A stretch of 64,000 bases of DNA from an uncultured Chloroflexia bacterium (GCA_963762445.1 CAVXLA010000004.1:176893-240892), one strand, 5' to 3'. Positions 41,880 to 52,583 are shown, counted from the stretch's first letter. The notes: generated from the sequence alone by a model not told the origin. Numbers and translations: made by a program.

Positions 41880-43015
41880 GCGGACCCGTCCGCCCGGGAT
41901 CCCTCGAACGGTCGACCCGCAGCCAGGAACGCGCCGTCATCGAGGAGCTCGACCCGGTCGGCGAGACCGCCCGCCGTCCGCACCGAGAACGGGGAGAACG
42001 GCCGCTGCTCGAGGTGCGAGGCCTCCGCACGTCCTTCTTCACGCGCTACGGCGTGGTTCGCGCGGTCGACGGGATCGACTTCCACGTCGACCGCGGCGAG
42101 GTCGTGGGGCTGGTGGGCGAGTCGGGCTGCGGCAAGAGCGTGACCTCGCTCTCGATGCTGCGGCTCATCTCCCAGCCCGGTCGGATCGAAGCCGGCTCGG
42201 TCGTCTTCGATGGCCAGGACCTCCTGACGCTCCCGTCGGAGAAGATGCGCCAGATCCGGGGCAACCGGATCTCCATGATCTTCCAGCAGCCGACCTCCTC
42301 GCTGAACCCGGTCATGAACATCGGCAGCCAGCTCGCCGAGGTCCTCGAGATCCACCGCAACATGAAGAAGAAGGCGGCCCTGGGCCGGGCCCTCGAGCTC
42401 TTCAGGATGGTGGGCATCTCCGACCCCGCCCGCCGCCTCAAGGCCTACCCCCACGAGATGTCCGGCGGCATGGCCCAGAGGGTCATGATCGCCATGGCCC
42501 TCGCCTGCGAGCCGGAGCTCCTCATCGCCGACGAGCCGACGACCGCGCTCGACGTCACGATCCAGGCCCAGATCCTCGACTTGATGCGCAACCTGCAGCG
42601 CGACCTCGGGACGGCGATCGTGCTGATCACCCACGACCTGGGAGTCGTGGCCGAGATGTGCGACCGGGTCGCGGTCATGTACGCCGGTGAGATCGTGGAG
42701 CAGACCGACGTCCATACGCTCTTCGCCCGCCCCAGCCACCCGTACACCCGGGGGCTGATCGGGTCGATCCCCGTGCCGGGCATCATCCGCGACGCGCTCG
42801 AGGTGATCCCGGGCAACGTGCCGAACCTGATCGACCTCCCGGCCGGTTGCCGGTTCGGCCCGCGTTGCCTCGTGCGCGAGGCCGAGCGTGTCGAGGGCTG
42901 CCTCGAGGTCCACCCCGAGCTGCGCGTGCTCGAAGCGGGCCACGACGTCCGGTGCTTCCGCTACCACGGCCGCGACGGCACGCCTCGCCGGGCCGCGGAC
43001 GGGCCGGTCGCATGA
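41876..43015 (+). CDS. ABC transporter ATP-binding protein (DppD/OppD-like)
   Basis: ATG at 41876 overlaps the permease stop (ATGA). Walker A GESGCGKS, signature MSGGMAQR, Walker [13 protein letters not shown]. Confidence 0.92.
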   Translation: MSGPVRPGSLERSTRSQERAVIEELDPVGETARRPHRERGERPLLEVRGLRTSFFTRYGVVRAVDGIDFHVDRGEVVGLVGESGCGKSVTSLSMLRLISQPGRIEAGSVVFDGQDLLTLPSEKMRQIRGNRISMIFQQPTSSLNPVMNIGSQLAEVLEIHRNMKKKAALGRALELFRMVGISDPARRLKAYPHEMSGGMAQRVMIAMALACEPELLIADEPTTALDVTIQAQILDLMRNLQRDLGTAIVLITHDLGVVAEMCDRVAVMYAGEIVEQTDVHTLFARPSHPYTRGLIGSIPVPGIIRDALEVIPGNVPNLIDLPAGCRFGPRCLVREAERVEGCLEVHPELRVLEAGHDVRCFRYHGRDGTPRRAADGPVA

Positions 43016-44088
43016 CGGCCGTCCTGACCCGCCCGCCCGCCGCGGCCGCTCCCCGACCCGACGGGGCGCCCCTCGTCGAGGTCCGCGACCTCGTCAAGCG
43101 CTTCCCGATCAAGGGGGGGATCCTGCAGCGCAAGGTCGCCACCGTCAAGGCGGTCGACGGGGTCGACCTCGTCGTGCGGCGGGGAGAGACGATCGGTCTC
43201 GTCGGCGAGTCCGGCTGCGGCAAGACGACGGTCGCACGCCTCATCCTGCGGCTCCTGGAGCCTACCTCGGGCACGATCCTCTTCGACGGCGAGGACATCA
43301 CCCGCCTGAGCGGGCGCTCCCTCAAGCCGTTCCGGCGGCGGATGCAGATCGTCTTCCAGGACCCGTTCGCCTCGCTCGACCCGCGGGCGCCGATCGGCGA
43401 CAGCATCGGGGACGGCCTGCGGATCCACGGCATCGGGACGCCGAGCGAGCGGCGCGCCAAGGTCGCGCAGATCATGGACATGGTCGGCCTGCAGCAGTAC
43501 CAGGCCCGCCGCTACCCGCACGAGTTCAGCGGCGGCCAGCGGCAGCGGATCGGGATCGCCCGGGCGCTCGTCCTGGAGCCCGACCTCGTCGTCTGCGACG
43601 AGCCGGTCTCCGCGCTGGACGTCTCCATCCAGGCCCAGGTCCTGAACCTCCTCAAGACGCTCCAGCGCGAGCTTGGGCTCACCTACATCTTCATTGCCCA
43701 CAACATGGGCGTCGTCGAGCACATCAGCGACCGCGTCGCGGTGATGTACCTCGGCTGCGTCGCCGAGATCACCGATCGCGAGCGGATCTTCGCCGAGCCG
43801 CGCCACCCGTACACGCAGGCGCTCCTCTCGGCGATCCCGATCCCGAACCCGGAGCTGCGGCGGTCGCGGGTGATCCTCGGGGGCGACGTCCCTTCCCCGG
43901 TCAACCCGCCGGGCGGCTGCCGGTTCCATCCGCGCTGCCCGCTCCGGATGGAGCTGGGCAACCCGACGCGCTGCGAGGCCGAGGTCCCGGCCCTGCTGGA
44001 CGCCGGCGGCGACCACCTCGTCGCCTGCCATTTCCGGGGCGCGGACGCGGCGCCTCCCGGGCCGCGCCTCGAGGCGCCCCCGGCCTGA
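43012..44088 (+). CDS. ABC transporter ATP-binding protein (DppF/OppF-like)
   Basis: ATG at 43012 overlaps the upstream stop (ATGA). [29 protein letters not shown]. Confidence 0.92.
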   Translation: MTAVLTRPPAAAAPRPDGAPLVEVRDLVKRFPIKGGILQRKVATVKAVDGVDLVVRRGETIGLVGESGCGKTTVARLILRLLEPTSGTILFDGEDITRLSGRSLKPFRRRMQIVFQDPFASLDPRAPIGDSIGDGLRIHGIGTPSERRAKVAQIMDMVGLQQYQARRYPHEFSGGQRQRIGIARALVLEPDLVVCDEPVSALDVSIQAQVLNLLKTLQRELGLTYIFIAHNMGVVEHISDRVAVMYLGCVAEITDRERIFAEPRHPYTQALLSAIPIPNPELRRSRVILGGDVPSPVNPPGGCRFHPRCPLRMELGNPTRCEAEVPALLDAGGDHLVACHFRGADAAPPGPRLEAPPA

Positions 44089-44142
44089 GCCGCGACGATC
44101 CGCCGGGGATCATCGCCCGACCCTCCCTCCGGCCGGCTCCCC

Positions 44143-44736
44143 TCAGTCGCAGTCGGGCAGGCGCACGTACACCTGCCCGGTGAGCGACGAGTCGAGCTTG
44201 AGCAGGATCATCCCGCCGGCCTGGCCCTCGGGCGTGTTCGCGACGCGCAGGAGGCTGATCGAGCCCAGGCGGTACCCGGTGACCGGGTAGGCGTTGTCGC
44301 GGTTGGATCCCACCGGCCGGATGGCGGGCGTTCCCCCGTAGACGGCCCCCTCGAAGCGGACCCAGGCAGGGAAGATCGGGTCCCGGAAGTCCGCGGCCGC
44401 CGGGCAGCCCTCCAGCTTCTGGCCCGAGGTGACGGCGGCGTCGGGACCCGCCCACGTGTCCACCCGCTGCTCCCGCCACAGGGCAAGGCCCACCGTGACG
44501 GCCAGGTAGGCGATGGCGGCGACCGCGATGGCCCGGATCAGCAGCCAGGCGATCGGGTGCCATTCGATCCGGCCGACGCGGCGGTGCTGCCAGGGGACCT
44601 CCCGCCCGGCCTGCAGGGCGCGGAGGAGGCTCCGGTAGCGGTCCGCGCCGCCGTGCTGGACCTCCAGCCGGCGCGCCGCCCGCTCCTCGATCGAAGGCCG
44701 CCCCTGCTCGCCCGGTTCCTGCTCGTTCGCGTCGAT
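44143..44736 (-). CDS. Hypothetical single-pass membrane protein; start codon unresolved
   Basis: The track ORF (116 aa) starts at GTG 44493, in the middle of a hydrophobic helix. The same frame stays open with near-uniform GC3 for 82 more codons up to TGA 44742-44740, and contains no ATG, GTG or TTG. The extended product includes ...EERAARRLEVQHGGADRYRSLLRALQAGREVPWQHRRVGRIEWHPIAWLLIRAIAVAAIAYLAVTVGLALW.... 44736 is an ATC placeholder start. Confidence 0.5.
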   Translation of the reverse strand: MDANEQEPGEQGRPSIEERAARRLEVQHGGADRYRSLLRALQAGREVPWQHRRVGRIEWHPIAWLLIRAIAVAAIAYLAVTVGLALWREQRVDTWAGPDAAVTSGQKLEGCPAAADFRDPIFPAWVRFEGAVYGGTPAIRPVGSNRDNAYPVTGYRLGSISLLRVANTPEGQAGGMILLKLDSSLTGQVYVRLPDCD

Positions 44737-44744
44737 GGGTCAGC

Positions 44745-45875
44745 TCACCCCGGTTCGGTGGACGCGATGTGCGGCGACGCCGCGCTGGCGGCCTCGATCG
44801 AGACCGGCGTGACCTCCTCGGCGAAGTGGCAGGCGGCCACCTGGCCGGGCCGGATCTCCCGCAGGTCGGGCTCCTCGGCCACGCAGCGCTCCGGGTTCCC
44901 GAGGCGCTCGCGGAGCCAGCACCGCGTGTGGAAGCGGCAGCCGGGCGGCGGCGCGGCCGGGGAGGGCACGTCGCCCCGCAGGACGATGCGCTTCTTCCGC
45001 CTGCGGGGGTCCGTGTCCGGGACCGCCGACAGGAGCGCCACCGTGTAGGGATGGGCGGGCTGCTGGTAGATCGAGTCGACCGGGGCCAGCTCGACGAGCT
45101 TGCCGAGGTACATGACGCCCACCCGGTCGCTGATGTGCTCCACGACGGCGAGGTTGTGGGCGATGAACAGGTAGGTCAGCCCGAGCTCCTGCTGGAGGTC
45201 GTCGAGGAGGTTGAGCACCTGGCTCTGGATGGACACGTCCAGCGCGGAGACCGGCTCGTCGCAGACGACGAACTCGGGGTTGAGGGCCAGGGCCCGGGCG
45301 ATCCCGATCCGCTGCCGCTGGCCCCCCGAGAACTCGTGCGGGTAGCGGTGGATGTGGCTCTGGTTCAGGCCGACGCGCGCCAGCAGCTCGCGGACCAGCT
45401 CCTCGCGGTCCTTCTTGCTCTTCAGGCCGTGGACGTACGGCCCCTCGCCGACGATCTCGCCGACGGTCATCCGGGGGTTGAGGCTCCCGTACGGATCCTG
45501 GAAGACGATCTGCATGTCGCGCCGGATGGTGGTCATCTCGCGGCGACCCAGGTTGAAGATCGGCTGGCCCTTGACCCGGACCTCGCCCGACGTCGCCGGG
45601 ATGAGCCGCAGGATGACCTTCCCCAGCGTCGTCTTGCCGCAGCCGGATTCCCCGACCAGGCCGAGGGTCTCGCCGCGGCGGACGGTGAAGGAGACGCCGT
45701 CGACCGCCCGCACGGCCCCGATCTTGCGGATCCCGAGGAGCCCGCCGCGGATCTCGAAATGCTTGACAAGGTTCTCGACGGAGATGAGCTCGTCGACGGA
45801 GCCGGCCGGCACGCCGGCGGCGAGGCCAGGTTCGATCACGGCGGCGCCGGCGAAGGCGCCATCCTGCCCGCTCAC
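44745..45875 (-). CDS. ABC transporter ATP-binding protein (OppF-like), operon 2
   Basis: 376 aa, GTG start overlapping the upstream stop (GTGA). [29 protein letters not shown]. Confidence 0.92.
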   Translation of the reverse strand: MSGQDGAFAGAAVIEPGLAAGVPAGSVDELISVENLVKHFEIRGGLLGIRKIGAVRAVDGVSFTVRRGETLGLVGESGCGKTTLGKVILRLIPATSGEVRVKGQPIFNLGRREMTTIRRDMQIVFQDPYGSLNPRMTVGEIVGEGPYVHGLKSKKDREELVRELLARVGLNQSHIHRYPHEFSGGQRQRIGIARALALNPEFVVCDEPVSALDVSIQSQVLNLLDDLQQELGLTYLFIAHNLAVVEHISDRVGVMYLGKLVELAPVDSIYQQPAHPYTVALLSAVPDTDPRRRKKRIVLRGDVPSPAAPPPGCRFHTRCWLRERLGNPERCVAEEPDLREIRPGQVAACHFAEEVTPVSIEAASAASPHIASTEPG

Positions 45876-46984
45876 GATTCCACCGAGAGCTCGGCCGCGG
45901 CCACGGCGGCGATGTCGGCGGGTGCCGCCTCGCCCACGGCAGGCGGCTCGCCCGACGGCGTGAGCCAGCAGCGCGAGAGATGGCCGGGCCCGACCTCCTG
46001 GAGCGGCGGGGCGAAGTCGCAGATCGGCATGGCCGTCGGACAGCGCCGCTTGAAGAGGCAGCCGCTCGGCAGGTTGAGCGGGTTGGGGACGACACCGCGG
46101 ATGACCTCCAGGCGCCTCCGCTTCTCGCCGAGGCGCGGGATGGAGTTGAGGAGCCCCTTGGTGTACGGGTGGTGCGGCCGCTCGAAGGTGGTGGTGACGT
46201 CCGACTGCTCGACGACCTTGCCCGCGTACATGACGACGACATCGTCGGCCATCTCGGCGATGACCCCCAGGTCATGGGTGATGAGCATGATCGACATCTG
46301 GTTGCGGTTGCGGATCTCCTTCATCAGCTCCAGGATCTGGGCCTGGATCGTGACGTCGAGCGCCGTTGTCGGCTCGTCCGCGATGAGGAGGGCCGGGGTC
46401 GTCGAGAGGGCCATGGCGATCATGACCCGCTGGCGCATGCCGCCCGACAGCTGGTGCGGGTACTCGCCCGCCCGGCGCTTCGCGTCCGGGATGCCGACCT
46501 GGCGGAGCATCTCGATCGAGCGCTCCATCGACTCCCGCCGGCCCAGGCCGAGGTGCAGCGACACCGTCTCGCTGATCTGGTCGCCGCAGGTGTAGACCGG
46601 GTTCAGCGACGTCATGGGCTCCTGGAAGATCATCGAGATCGTGTGCCCGCGCACGTCGCGGATGTCGTCCTCGGACAGGGTCACGAGGTCCCGCCCGTCG
46701 AGCAGGATCTCGCCCTCGACGATCCTGCCCGGGCGGCTCACCAGGCCCAGGATCGACATCGCCGCGACGCTCTTGCCGCAGCCCGACTCGCCGACGACGC
46801 CGAGGGTCTTGCCGTCGTCGATCGAGAAGGTCACGCCGTCGACGGCCTTGACGACCCCGTCCTGGGTGAAGAAGTGGGTCCGCAGGTTCCGGACCTCCAG
46901 GAGCGGCCGATCGGTGGAGCGGCGTTCCGCGGCCCTGCGGGCCGATCGGCGGTCCGGCAGCGTCGCGGCGCGGGCTCGTTCCAT
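45872..46984 (-). CDS. ABC transporter ATP-binding protein (OppD-like), operon 2
   Basis: ATG at 46984 shares 1 nt with the permease stop. [13 protein letters not shown]...[39 protein letters not shown]. Confidence 0.92.
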   Translation of the reverse strand: MERARAATLPDRRSARRAAERRSTDRPLLEVRNLRTHFFTQDGVVKAVDGVTFSIDDGKTLGVVGESGCGKSVAAMSILGLVSRPGRIVEGEILLDGRDLVTLSEDDIRDVRGHTISMIFQEPMTSLNPVYTCGDQISETVSLHLGLGRRESMERSIEMLRQVGIPDAKRRAGEYPHQLSGGMRQRVMIAMALSTTPALLIADEPTTALDVTIQAQILELMKEIRNRNQMSIMLITHDLGVIAEMADDVVVMYAGKVVEQSDVTTTFERPHHPYTKGLLNSIPRLGEKRRRLEVIRGVVPNPLNLPSGCLFKRRCPTAMPICDFAPPLQEVGPGHLSRCWLTPSGEPPAVGEAAPADIAAVAAAELSVES

Positions 46985-47913
46985 CACGCCTCGATCCTCT
47001 GGCGGGGATCCAGGGCGTCGCGCAGGCCGTCGCCGAGGAAGCTGGCCGCGAGCACGATGAGGACGATCGTCACCGAGGGGAACAGGAGCAGGTGCGCGCG
47101 GACCGTGAGGTCCTCCTCGAAGTTCTTGAGCATGTTCCCGAGGCTCGCCTGGGGCGGGCTGATGCCGAAGCCGAGGAACGAGAGCGCGGCCTCGGTGACG
47201 ACGGAGTCCGCGATGCCGAGCGTCGCGGCGACGACGACCGGCGCGAGCGCGGCCGGCAGGATGTGGCGGGTGATGATCCGGCGGTCGCCGGCGCCGAGCG
47301 CGCGGGCGGCCTGGACGAAGTCGGACTCGCGCAGCTTGAGGAACTCGGCGCGGATCAGCCGGCAGGCCAGTGTCCAGCCCGTGAGGCCGATGGCGAAGAT
47401 GACGACCCACGCGTCGCCCTTGCCGAAGAAGGCGACGATCATGACGATCAGGAAGAAGATCGGCAGCGACAGGACGACGTCGACGACGCGCATGATCACG
47501 TTGTCCACCGCCCCGCCGTAGAAGCCCGCGATCGAGCCCAGGGTCACGCCGACGGACCCGATGATCAGGACCGCCATGAAGCCGATGAAGAGCGACGTCT
47601 GGAGCGCCTTCATCAGGCGCAGGAACATGTCCTGGCCGATCTGGTTCGTGCCCAGCGGATGGGCCATCGAGGGCGGCAGCATCGTCTGGGTCAGGCTCGT
47701 CTTCTGGTACTGGTCGCCGGTCGCGAGCGGCACGATCACCGCCAGGGCGACGAGCCCGATCATGAGGACCAGGGCGATGACCGCCAGCCGGTGCTGGACG
47801 AAGCGCTGGCGGACCAGCTGCCAGTACGTGCGGACCGGGATCAGGTCGACCTCGTCGACGGCACCGTCCGGGGTGCCCCGGGCGATGACGGCCTGCTTGT
47901 CGATCCGTTCCAT
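46984..47913 (-). CDS. ABC transporter permease (OppC-like), operon 2
   Basis: 309 aa. ...[24 protein letters not shown].... Confidence 0.92.
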   Translation of the reverse strand: MERIDKQAVIARGTPDGAVDEVDLIPVRTYWQLVRQRFVQHRLAVIALVLMIGLVALAVIVPLATGDQYQKTSLTQTMLPPSMAHPLGTNQIGQDMFLRLMKALQTSLFIGFMAVLIIGSVGVTLGSIAGFYGGAVDNVIMRVVDVVLSLPIFFLIVMIVAFFGKGDAWVVIFAIGLTGWTLACRLIRAEFLKLRESDFVQAARALGAGDRRIITRHILPAALAPVVVAATLGIADSVVTEAALSFLGFGISPPQASLGNMLKNFEEDLTVRAHLLLFPSVTIVLIVLAASFLGDGLRDALDPRQRIEA

Positions 47914-47924
47914 CGCGCCGGCCC

Positions 47925-48883
47925 TCAGTACTTGATGCGGGGGTCGACCAGGCCGTACAGGATGTCGGCCAGGAGGTTGCCCAGGATCACCATGACGCCG
48001 CCGATCATCACGGTCGCGAGCACCACGGGATAGTCGTTCGTCTGCACGCTCTGGACGGCCATGTACCCGAGGCCCGGCCAGCTGAAGATCGACTCGGTGA
48101 TCGCGGCGCCGGCCAGGAGGCTGGGGAGCGTCAGGCCCAGCAGCGTGATGATCGGGATGAGGGCGTTGCGCAGGGCGTGCTTGAAGAGGACGCGCGAGCC
48201 CGACAGGCCCTTGGCCCTGGCGGTGCGGACGTAGTCCTGCTGGAGGACCTCCAGCATCGACGACCGCATGTAGCGGCTCCAGCCGGCGATCTGTTGGATC
48301 GCCAGGCTCGAGACCGGCAGGACCATGTGCCAGGCGATGTCGGCGATGTTGCCCTCACGGCCCAGCGACTGCATCCCGAAGGACGGGAACAGTTGAGCCT
48401 GATCGAGAAGATGAAGAGGAGCAGGACGCCGAGGACGAAGGACGGCAGGGCGTAGCCGATCGTGGCCAGGGTCGTGATGATCTTGTCGGCCCAGCTGTAC
48501 TGCTTGACCGCGGCCAGCACCCCGAGCGGCACGGCGACGATGACCGTCACGAACAGCGAGGTGCCCATCAGGAGCATGGTCGTCGGGACCTTCTCGGCGA
48601 TCTTCTCCGTCACGGGCCGGCCGTCGACGAAGGAGTAGCCCCAGGCCTCCGGCTTCCAGAACTGCCAGAAGGCCGTGAACCAGCTGGTGAACTGCTCCGG
48701 GAGCGGCTTGTCGAGGCCGTAAAGCCGGATGAGGTTCGCGATCGTCTCCTGCGAGACCCGGCCCGACCGGAAGCGGTCGGTGGGATCGCCGGGGGCGAGG
48801 TGAATGATCGCGAAGGACACGACGCTGATCCCGATGAGGATCGGGATCGCCTGGATCAGGCGACGGAGGACGTACGTTGCCAT
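47925..48883 (-). pseudogene. ABC transporter permease (OppB-like) with a 1-nt frameshift near 48394-48397
   Basis: N-terminal frame: MATYVLRRLIQAIPILIGISVVSFAIIHLAPGDP...LGVLLLFIFSIRL. The sequence continues in another frame: QLFPSFGMQSLGREGNIADIAWHMVLPV...DYVRTARAKGLSG...LVDPRIKY. The span is 959 nt, which is 320 codons minus 1 nt. Confidence 0.75.
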
Positions 48884-48959
48884 GATGCTCCGCTCTGCGC
48901 TGGGTCCACGGGTCGCGCGGTGTCCGGCGCCTGACGGCCTGGATTCCGCGGTGCAGAGG

Positions 48960-48993
48960 TTGGGCGGTGGCGACGGTCGTCGCCACCGCCCAA
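48960..48993 (-). terminator. Stable hairpin between the SBP and permease genes of operon 2
   Basis: TTGGGCGGTGGCGACG-GT-CGTCGCCACCGCCCAA, 16+16 nt perfectly complementary. Sits 35 nt after the SBP stop. Confidence 0.5.
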
Positions 48994-49027
48994 GTCAGTC
49001 ACTCGGGGGTTGGTTCGAGATCGACGA

Positions 49028-51070
49028 CTACTTCGGACTGACCGTCCAGGCGTCCGTGTTGTAGTAGTTGATCCCGACGCTGGTGAGGTCAAGCGGCTCG
49101 TTCTGCGAGCTGACTCGCTTCGACAGGCCGGTGTGCGCCTTGTCGGCCCACAGGAAGTAGTACGGAGCCTCCTCGTTGATCAGGGCGCCGAAGTCCCAGT
49201 AGATCTGCTTGCGCTTCTCCTGGTCGAGCTCCAGCCGGCCTGCCTCGAGGAGCCGGTCCGCCTCCGCGTTCTTCCAGCCGGGGAAGTTGTTCGCCGACGG
49301 GGTCTCCTTGGAGGGGATCTCCGAGCTGTGGAAGATCGAGTAGTCGTCCGGGTCGAGGGCTGTCGACCAGCCGCCCAGGTAGGTGTCGAAGCTGTTGGGG
49401 TAGTCGAGAACCTTGGGGATGAGCACGGTGTTGAGGTCGCCCTCCTCCACCGTGATCTCGATGCCGCACTCCTTCAGCTGGTCGCGGGCGAGCTGCGCGA
49501 ACGCGAGCCGCTGCGGCCGGCCGACGCGGACGTAGAGCGTGCTCGAGAGCCGCTTGCCGTCCTTGGCGTAGATGCCGTCGCTGCCGAGGGTCCAGCCGGC
49601 GGCCTCGATCTTGGCCTTCGCGCCCGGCACGTCGAGGACGTAGGGCTTGATGTTCGGGCTGTAGGCCCAGGAGAACGGCGGGGTGTTGGCGTAGACCGGC
49701 ACGCCGTTGCCCTCGGTGGCGACCTCGACCGTCTTGTCGTGGTCGATGCACATCCCGAACGCCTGGCGGAGGTTCTTGTCGGCGTAGAGGTGGCCTTCGC
49801 GGAGGTTGAAGGCGATGAAGTAGTAGCCGTTGTCCGCGTACTCGGCCATCTGGACGTTGGGGTTGTCCTTGATTGTCGCGTAGGCGCCCGACTCGATCTT
49901 CTGCTGCCACTGGATCTCGTCGTTGGCGAGGGCCGAGGTGGCAGCGGCCGAGCTGCGGATCACGACCGCGAAGGCGCGGGCCGGGATCTTGGCCGGGTCG
50001 ACGCCGGTGCCGCCGCCGAAGTACTTGTCCCAGCGGGCGAGCTCCACGTTCTGGCCGGCGTTGTACTTGACGAACTTGAGGGGGCCGGCCCCGATCGGAT
50101 TCTTGCCGAAGTCGATGATCTTCTGCGCCGCCGCGATCTGGTCGAGCGCGGTCGCGCCGAGGGCGGCGTTGAGGTCGTTGACCTGGGTCAGCAGGCCCTG
50201 GCCGTAGGCCTCGGGGTCGAACTGGTCGCCGTTCTCGCCGGCGGTGTTGTAGCCGGCCTTGTTGACGGGCTCGATCTTCGCCTTGGCGAGGAGGGCCTCC
50301 AGGTCAGCCGTGTAGGTGGCGAAGAGGCACTCCGTCGGGGGAGCCCAGCCGTCGGGGGCCGGATCCGGCGGGGTGCAGGCGGCCGCCGACGTGTTCGCCG
50401 CGACCTTGTCGGCGAGGGCGGCGACCTCTTCCTTGGTGACCGCGCCGGCGGCCTCCTGGAAGCGGGCGAAGGAGGCCTCGACGGCCTTCTTCGGGAGGAT
50501 CAGCTGGTTGATGCCGGTCGCCAGGAACGGCGCGAACTTCTGCTTGAGCTGGAACTGGACCGTGTACGGGTCGATCACCGTGGTCGAGGCGACGTTGTCC
50601 GCCACCTGCGAGCAGGCATCCGGGTTCACCCGGCAGTTCTTGGAGCCCATGAGGTCGAAGGTGAACTTGACGTCCTCGGCCGTCAGCTCCGACCCGTCGT
50701 GGAACAGGATGCCCTTCTTGATCTTCACAGTCCACGTGAGGCCGTCGGCAGAGGTCTCCGGCATCCCGTCGGCCGCGAGCGGGACGTACTCGACCTTGTA
50801 GTTCGGCTGGTAGAGCGTCGTGTAGATGAACTGCGTGATCCACGAGGTGGGCAGGTCATCCGGGGGGCCGGCCAGGGTGGTCGGCTCGCTGTCGATGACG
50901 AAGGTGAAGTCACCGGTCGCGGGCGCGGGCGTCGCGGTCGCCGGCGCAGTGGTCTGGCCCGGGGCTGCCGACCCCGACGGGCTTGCGGTGGGGGTCCCGC
51001 TACCGCACGCACTCACCACGATGGCGAGCGCTCCCAGCATCGCGATCGAGCGACGCTTCAGCGAAATCAT
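49028..51070 (-). CDS. ABC transporter substrate-binding lipoprotein, family 5, large (680 aa)
   Basis: ATG at 51070, GGAGGA 8 nt upstream. MISLKRRSIAMLGALAIVVSACGSG (lipobox). ...GLTWTVKIKKGILFHDGSELTAEDVKFTFD.... Confidence 0.9.
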   Translation of the reverse strand: MISLKRRSIAMLGALAIVVSACGSGTPTASPSGSAAPGQTTAPATATPAPATGDFTFVIDSEPTTLAGPPDDLPTSWITQFIYTTLYQPNYKVEYVPLAADGMPETSADGLTWTVKIKKGILFHDGSELTAEDVKFTFDLMGSKNCRVNPDACSQVADNVASTTVIDPYTVQFQLKQKFAPFLATGINQLILPKKAVEASFARFQEAAGAVTKEEVAALADKVAANTSAAACTPPDPAPDGWAPPTECLFATYTADLEALLAKAKIEPVNKAGYNTAGENGDQFDPEAYGQGLLTQVNDLNAALGATALDQIAAAQKIIDFGKNPIGAGPLKFVKYNAGQNVELARWDKYFGGGTGVDPAKIPARAFAVVIRSSAAATSALANDEIQWQQKIESGAYATIKDNPNVQMAEYADNGYYFIAFNLREGHLYADKNLRQAFGMCIDHDKTVEVATEGNGVPVYANTPPFSWAYSPNIKPYVLDVPGAKAKIEAAGWTLGSDGIYAKDGKRLSSTLYVRVGRPQRLAFAQLARDQLKECGIEITVEEGDLNTVLIPKVLDYPNSFDTYLGGWSTALDPDDYSIFHSSEIPSKETPSANNFPGWKNAEADRLLEAGRLELDQEKRKQIYWDFGALINEEAPYYFLWADKAHTGLSKRVSSQNEPLDLTSVGINYYNTDAWTVSPK

Positions 51071-51190
51071 CCGCTCTCTCCTCCTACACTCCGCGGCGGA
51101 CGCCGGGCGCCGGCGCCATTCCGCCAAGCAGCGCGCGCCGAGCGGGGTTCGGCAGGCGCCGATCTACCGCGTCCCGGCCGCGAGTTCCGC

Positions 51191-51221
51191 ATTATCCTAC
51201 GGCACCGCCCGTGCGCGTCAA
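51191..51221 (-). promoter_or_regulatory. Candidate sigma-A promoter of ABC operon 2
   Basis: Minus strand TTGACG (51221-51216), N16, TAGGAT(AAT) (51199-51191), in a locally AT-richer patch about 120 nt upstream of the SBP ATG. Confidence 0.45.
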
Positions 51222-51309
51222 CTCGATCAGCGCACGGCGTCCGTCGCGCCTCCTTCCTGCCGTCGACCGGACGGCCCCCTTCGCGGGTTGGTCTGGCGCC
51301 ACACCACGG

Positions 51310-51942
51310 TCAGTCCGGGGTGGCCGCATGAGTTCGAAGCTCTCCAACGGCGGGCGGCGTCCACGCCCGCCCATGCTCGGGGTCGAAGCGGTCGGTCGAC
51401 GCCGGGAGCAACGTCAGCGCCCGGGCCTCGCGGGGGCGGGCGAGCCGGTCGTCGCCCGCGAGGATCGTCACCACCCGCGGCGTCAGCAGCCCGGGCGGCG
51501 GGTCGTAGACGCGGGTGGCCGGGGCGGCGCCCGCCGGCGGGCCGCCGAGCGTCCCGGGCGCGGCGTCGCCGGTGATCGGCGGCGAGGGTGCGGCCAGCGA
51601 GCCGAACGCGGTGGGCATGACCACGATGGCCGCGAGGGCGGTCGCGAGCACGGTCGAACCCAGCGAGATCCGCCAGCGCCAGGGCGGCACCGGGCGACGC
51701 GCCGCGACCCGGCGCACGCGCTCCCAGGCATCGCGGGGTGGCTCGGCGACCTGGACCTCGGCCCGGATCCGGCGCAGGACGGTGATCATCAGGGCGATCT
51801 CGGACAGCTCCGTCTCGCACGTCCGGCAGCGGTCGAGGTGGGCAAGGGCCGCGTCCGTGCCCGGGCCGCGCTCCCGCCGGTCGATGAAGTCGAGGAGCGC
51901 CGCCCGGTGGCCCGCGCAGGCGGATCGACGCCACGGGATCAT
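51310..51942 (-). CDS. Zinc-binding anti-sigma factor (ZAS-type), single-pass membrane protein
   Basis: 210 aa. H-x3-C-x2-C motif in AALAHLDRCRTCETEL. Hydrophobic helix ISLGSTVLATALAAIVVM. ATG overlaps the sigma-factor stop (ATGA). Confidence 0.8.
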   Translation of the reverse strand: MIPWRRSACAGHRAALLDFIDRRERGPGTDAALAHLDRCRTCETELSEIALMITVLRRIRAEVQVAEPPRDAWERVRRVAARRPVPPWRWRISLGSTVLATALAAIVVMPTAFGSLAAPSPPITGDAAPGTLGGPPAGAAPATRVYDPPPGLLTPRVVTILAGDDRLARPREARALTLLPASTDRFDPEHGRAWTPPAVGELRTHAATPD

Positions 51943-52583
51943 CGCTGCCCGATTTCTGCGTCGACGGCCACGGCCGGGCCGGGCAGCGTCTCTCGCGCCT
52001 CGCCGAGCCGGGACTCGGCGGCCAGGTGGGCCCGGAGCGATCCAAGTGCGTAGTGGAGCCGCGACTTCACGGTCCCGGGGCGGATCCCGAGGATCGACGA
52101 GGTTTCCTGGACCGACAGGCCGTGGAGGTAGTAGAGGACGACCACGCCCTGGTGCTTGGGCGACAGGAGGGCCACCCCCTCGCGCACCGCGCGCCGGGCT
52201 TCCTCCTGCTCCGCCCGCTCGGCCGGGCCGCTCGCGCGGTCCGCCAGGGTCGCCAGGTCGAGCTCGCCGAACGGTCGGGTCGCGACCCTCCGCCGGCCCA
52301 GCCGCGAATAGGCCAGGTTGAGGGCGACGCGGTGGAGCCAGGGCACGGGCGAGACGTCCGGACGCAGGCTGGACCGATGGCGATACGCCCGCTCGAAGGT
52401 GTCCTGGAGGATCTCCTCCGCCGCCCCGTGGTCGCCCGTGAGCCCGAACGCGGTCCGGTAGACGAGCGTCCGGTAGCGCCCGAAGAAGGCCTCGAACGCG
52501 TCGAGGTCGTCGGCGCGCATCCGGCGGAGGAGGGCCTCCTCTTCCGGGTCGAGCTGGCGAACCGGCTGGCTGCTCGTGATCAC
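51939..52583 (-). CDS. ECF-type RNA polymerase sigma factor
   Basis: 214 aa. Region 2 ...AFEAFFGRYRTLVYRTAFGLTGDHGAAEEILQDTFERAY. Region 4 LSVQETSSILGIRPGTVKSRLHYALGSL. Confidence 0.9.
   Translation of the reverse strand: MITSSQPVRQLDPEEEALLRRMRADDLDAFEAFFGRYRTLVYRTAFGLTGDHGAAEEILQDTFERAYRHRSSLRPDVSPVPWLHRVALNLAYSRLGRRRVATRPFGELDLATLADRASGPAERAEQEEARRAVREGVALLSPKHQGVVVLYYLHGLSVQETSSILGIRPGTVKSRLHYALGSLRAHLAAESRLGEARETLPGPAVAVDAEIGQR

Noticed and set aside
49010-51331. 773-aa plus-strand ORF
   Set aside because: It is antisense to the operon-2 substrate-binding protein gene, and is a shadow ORF.
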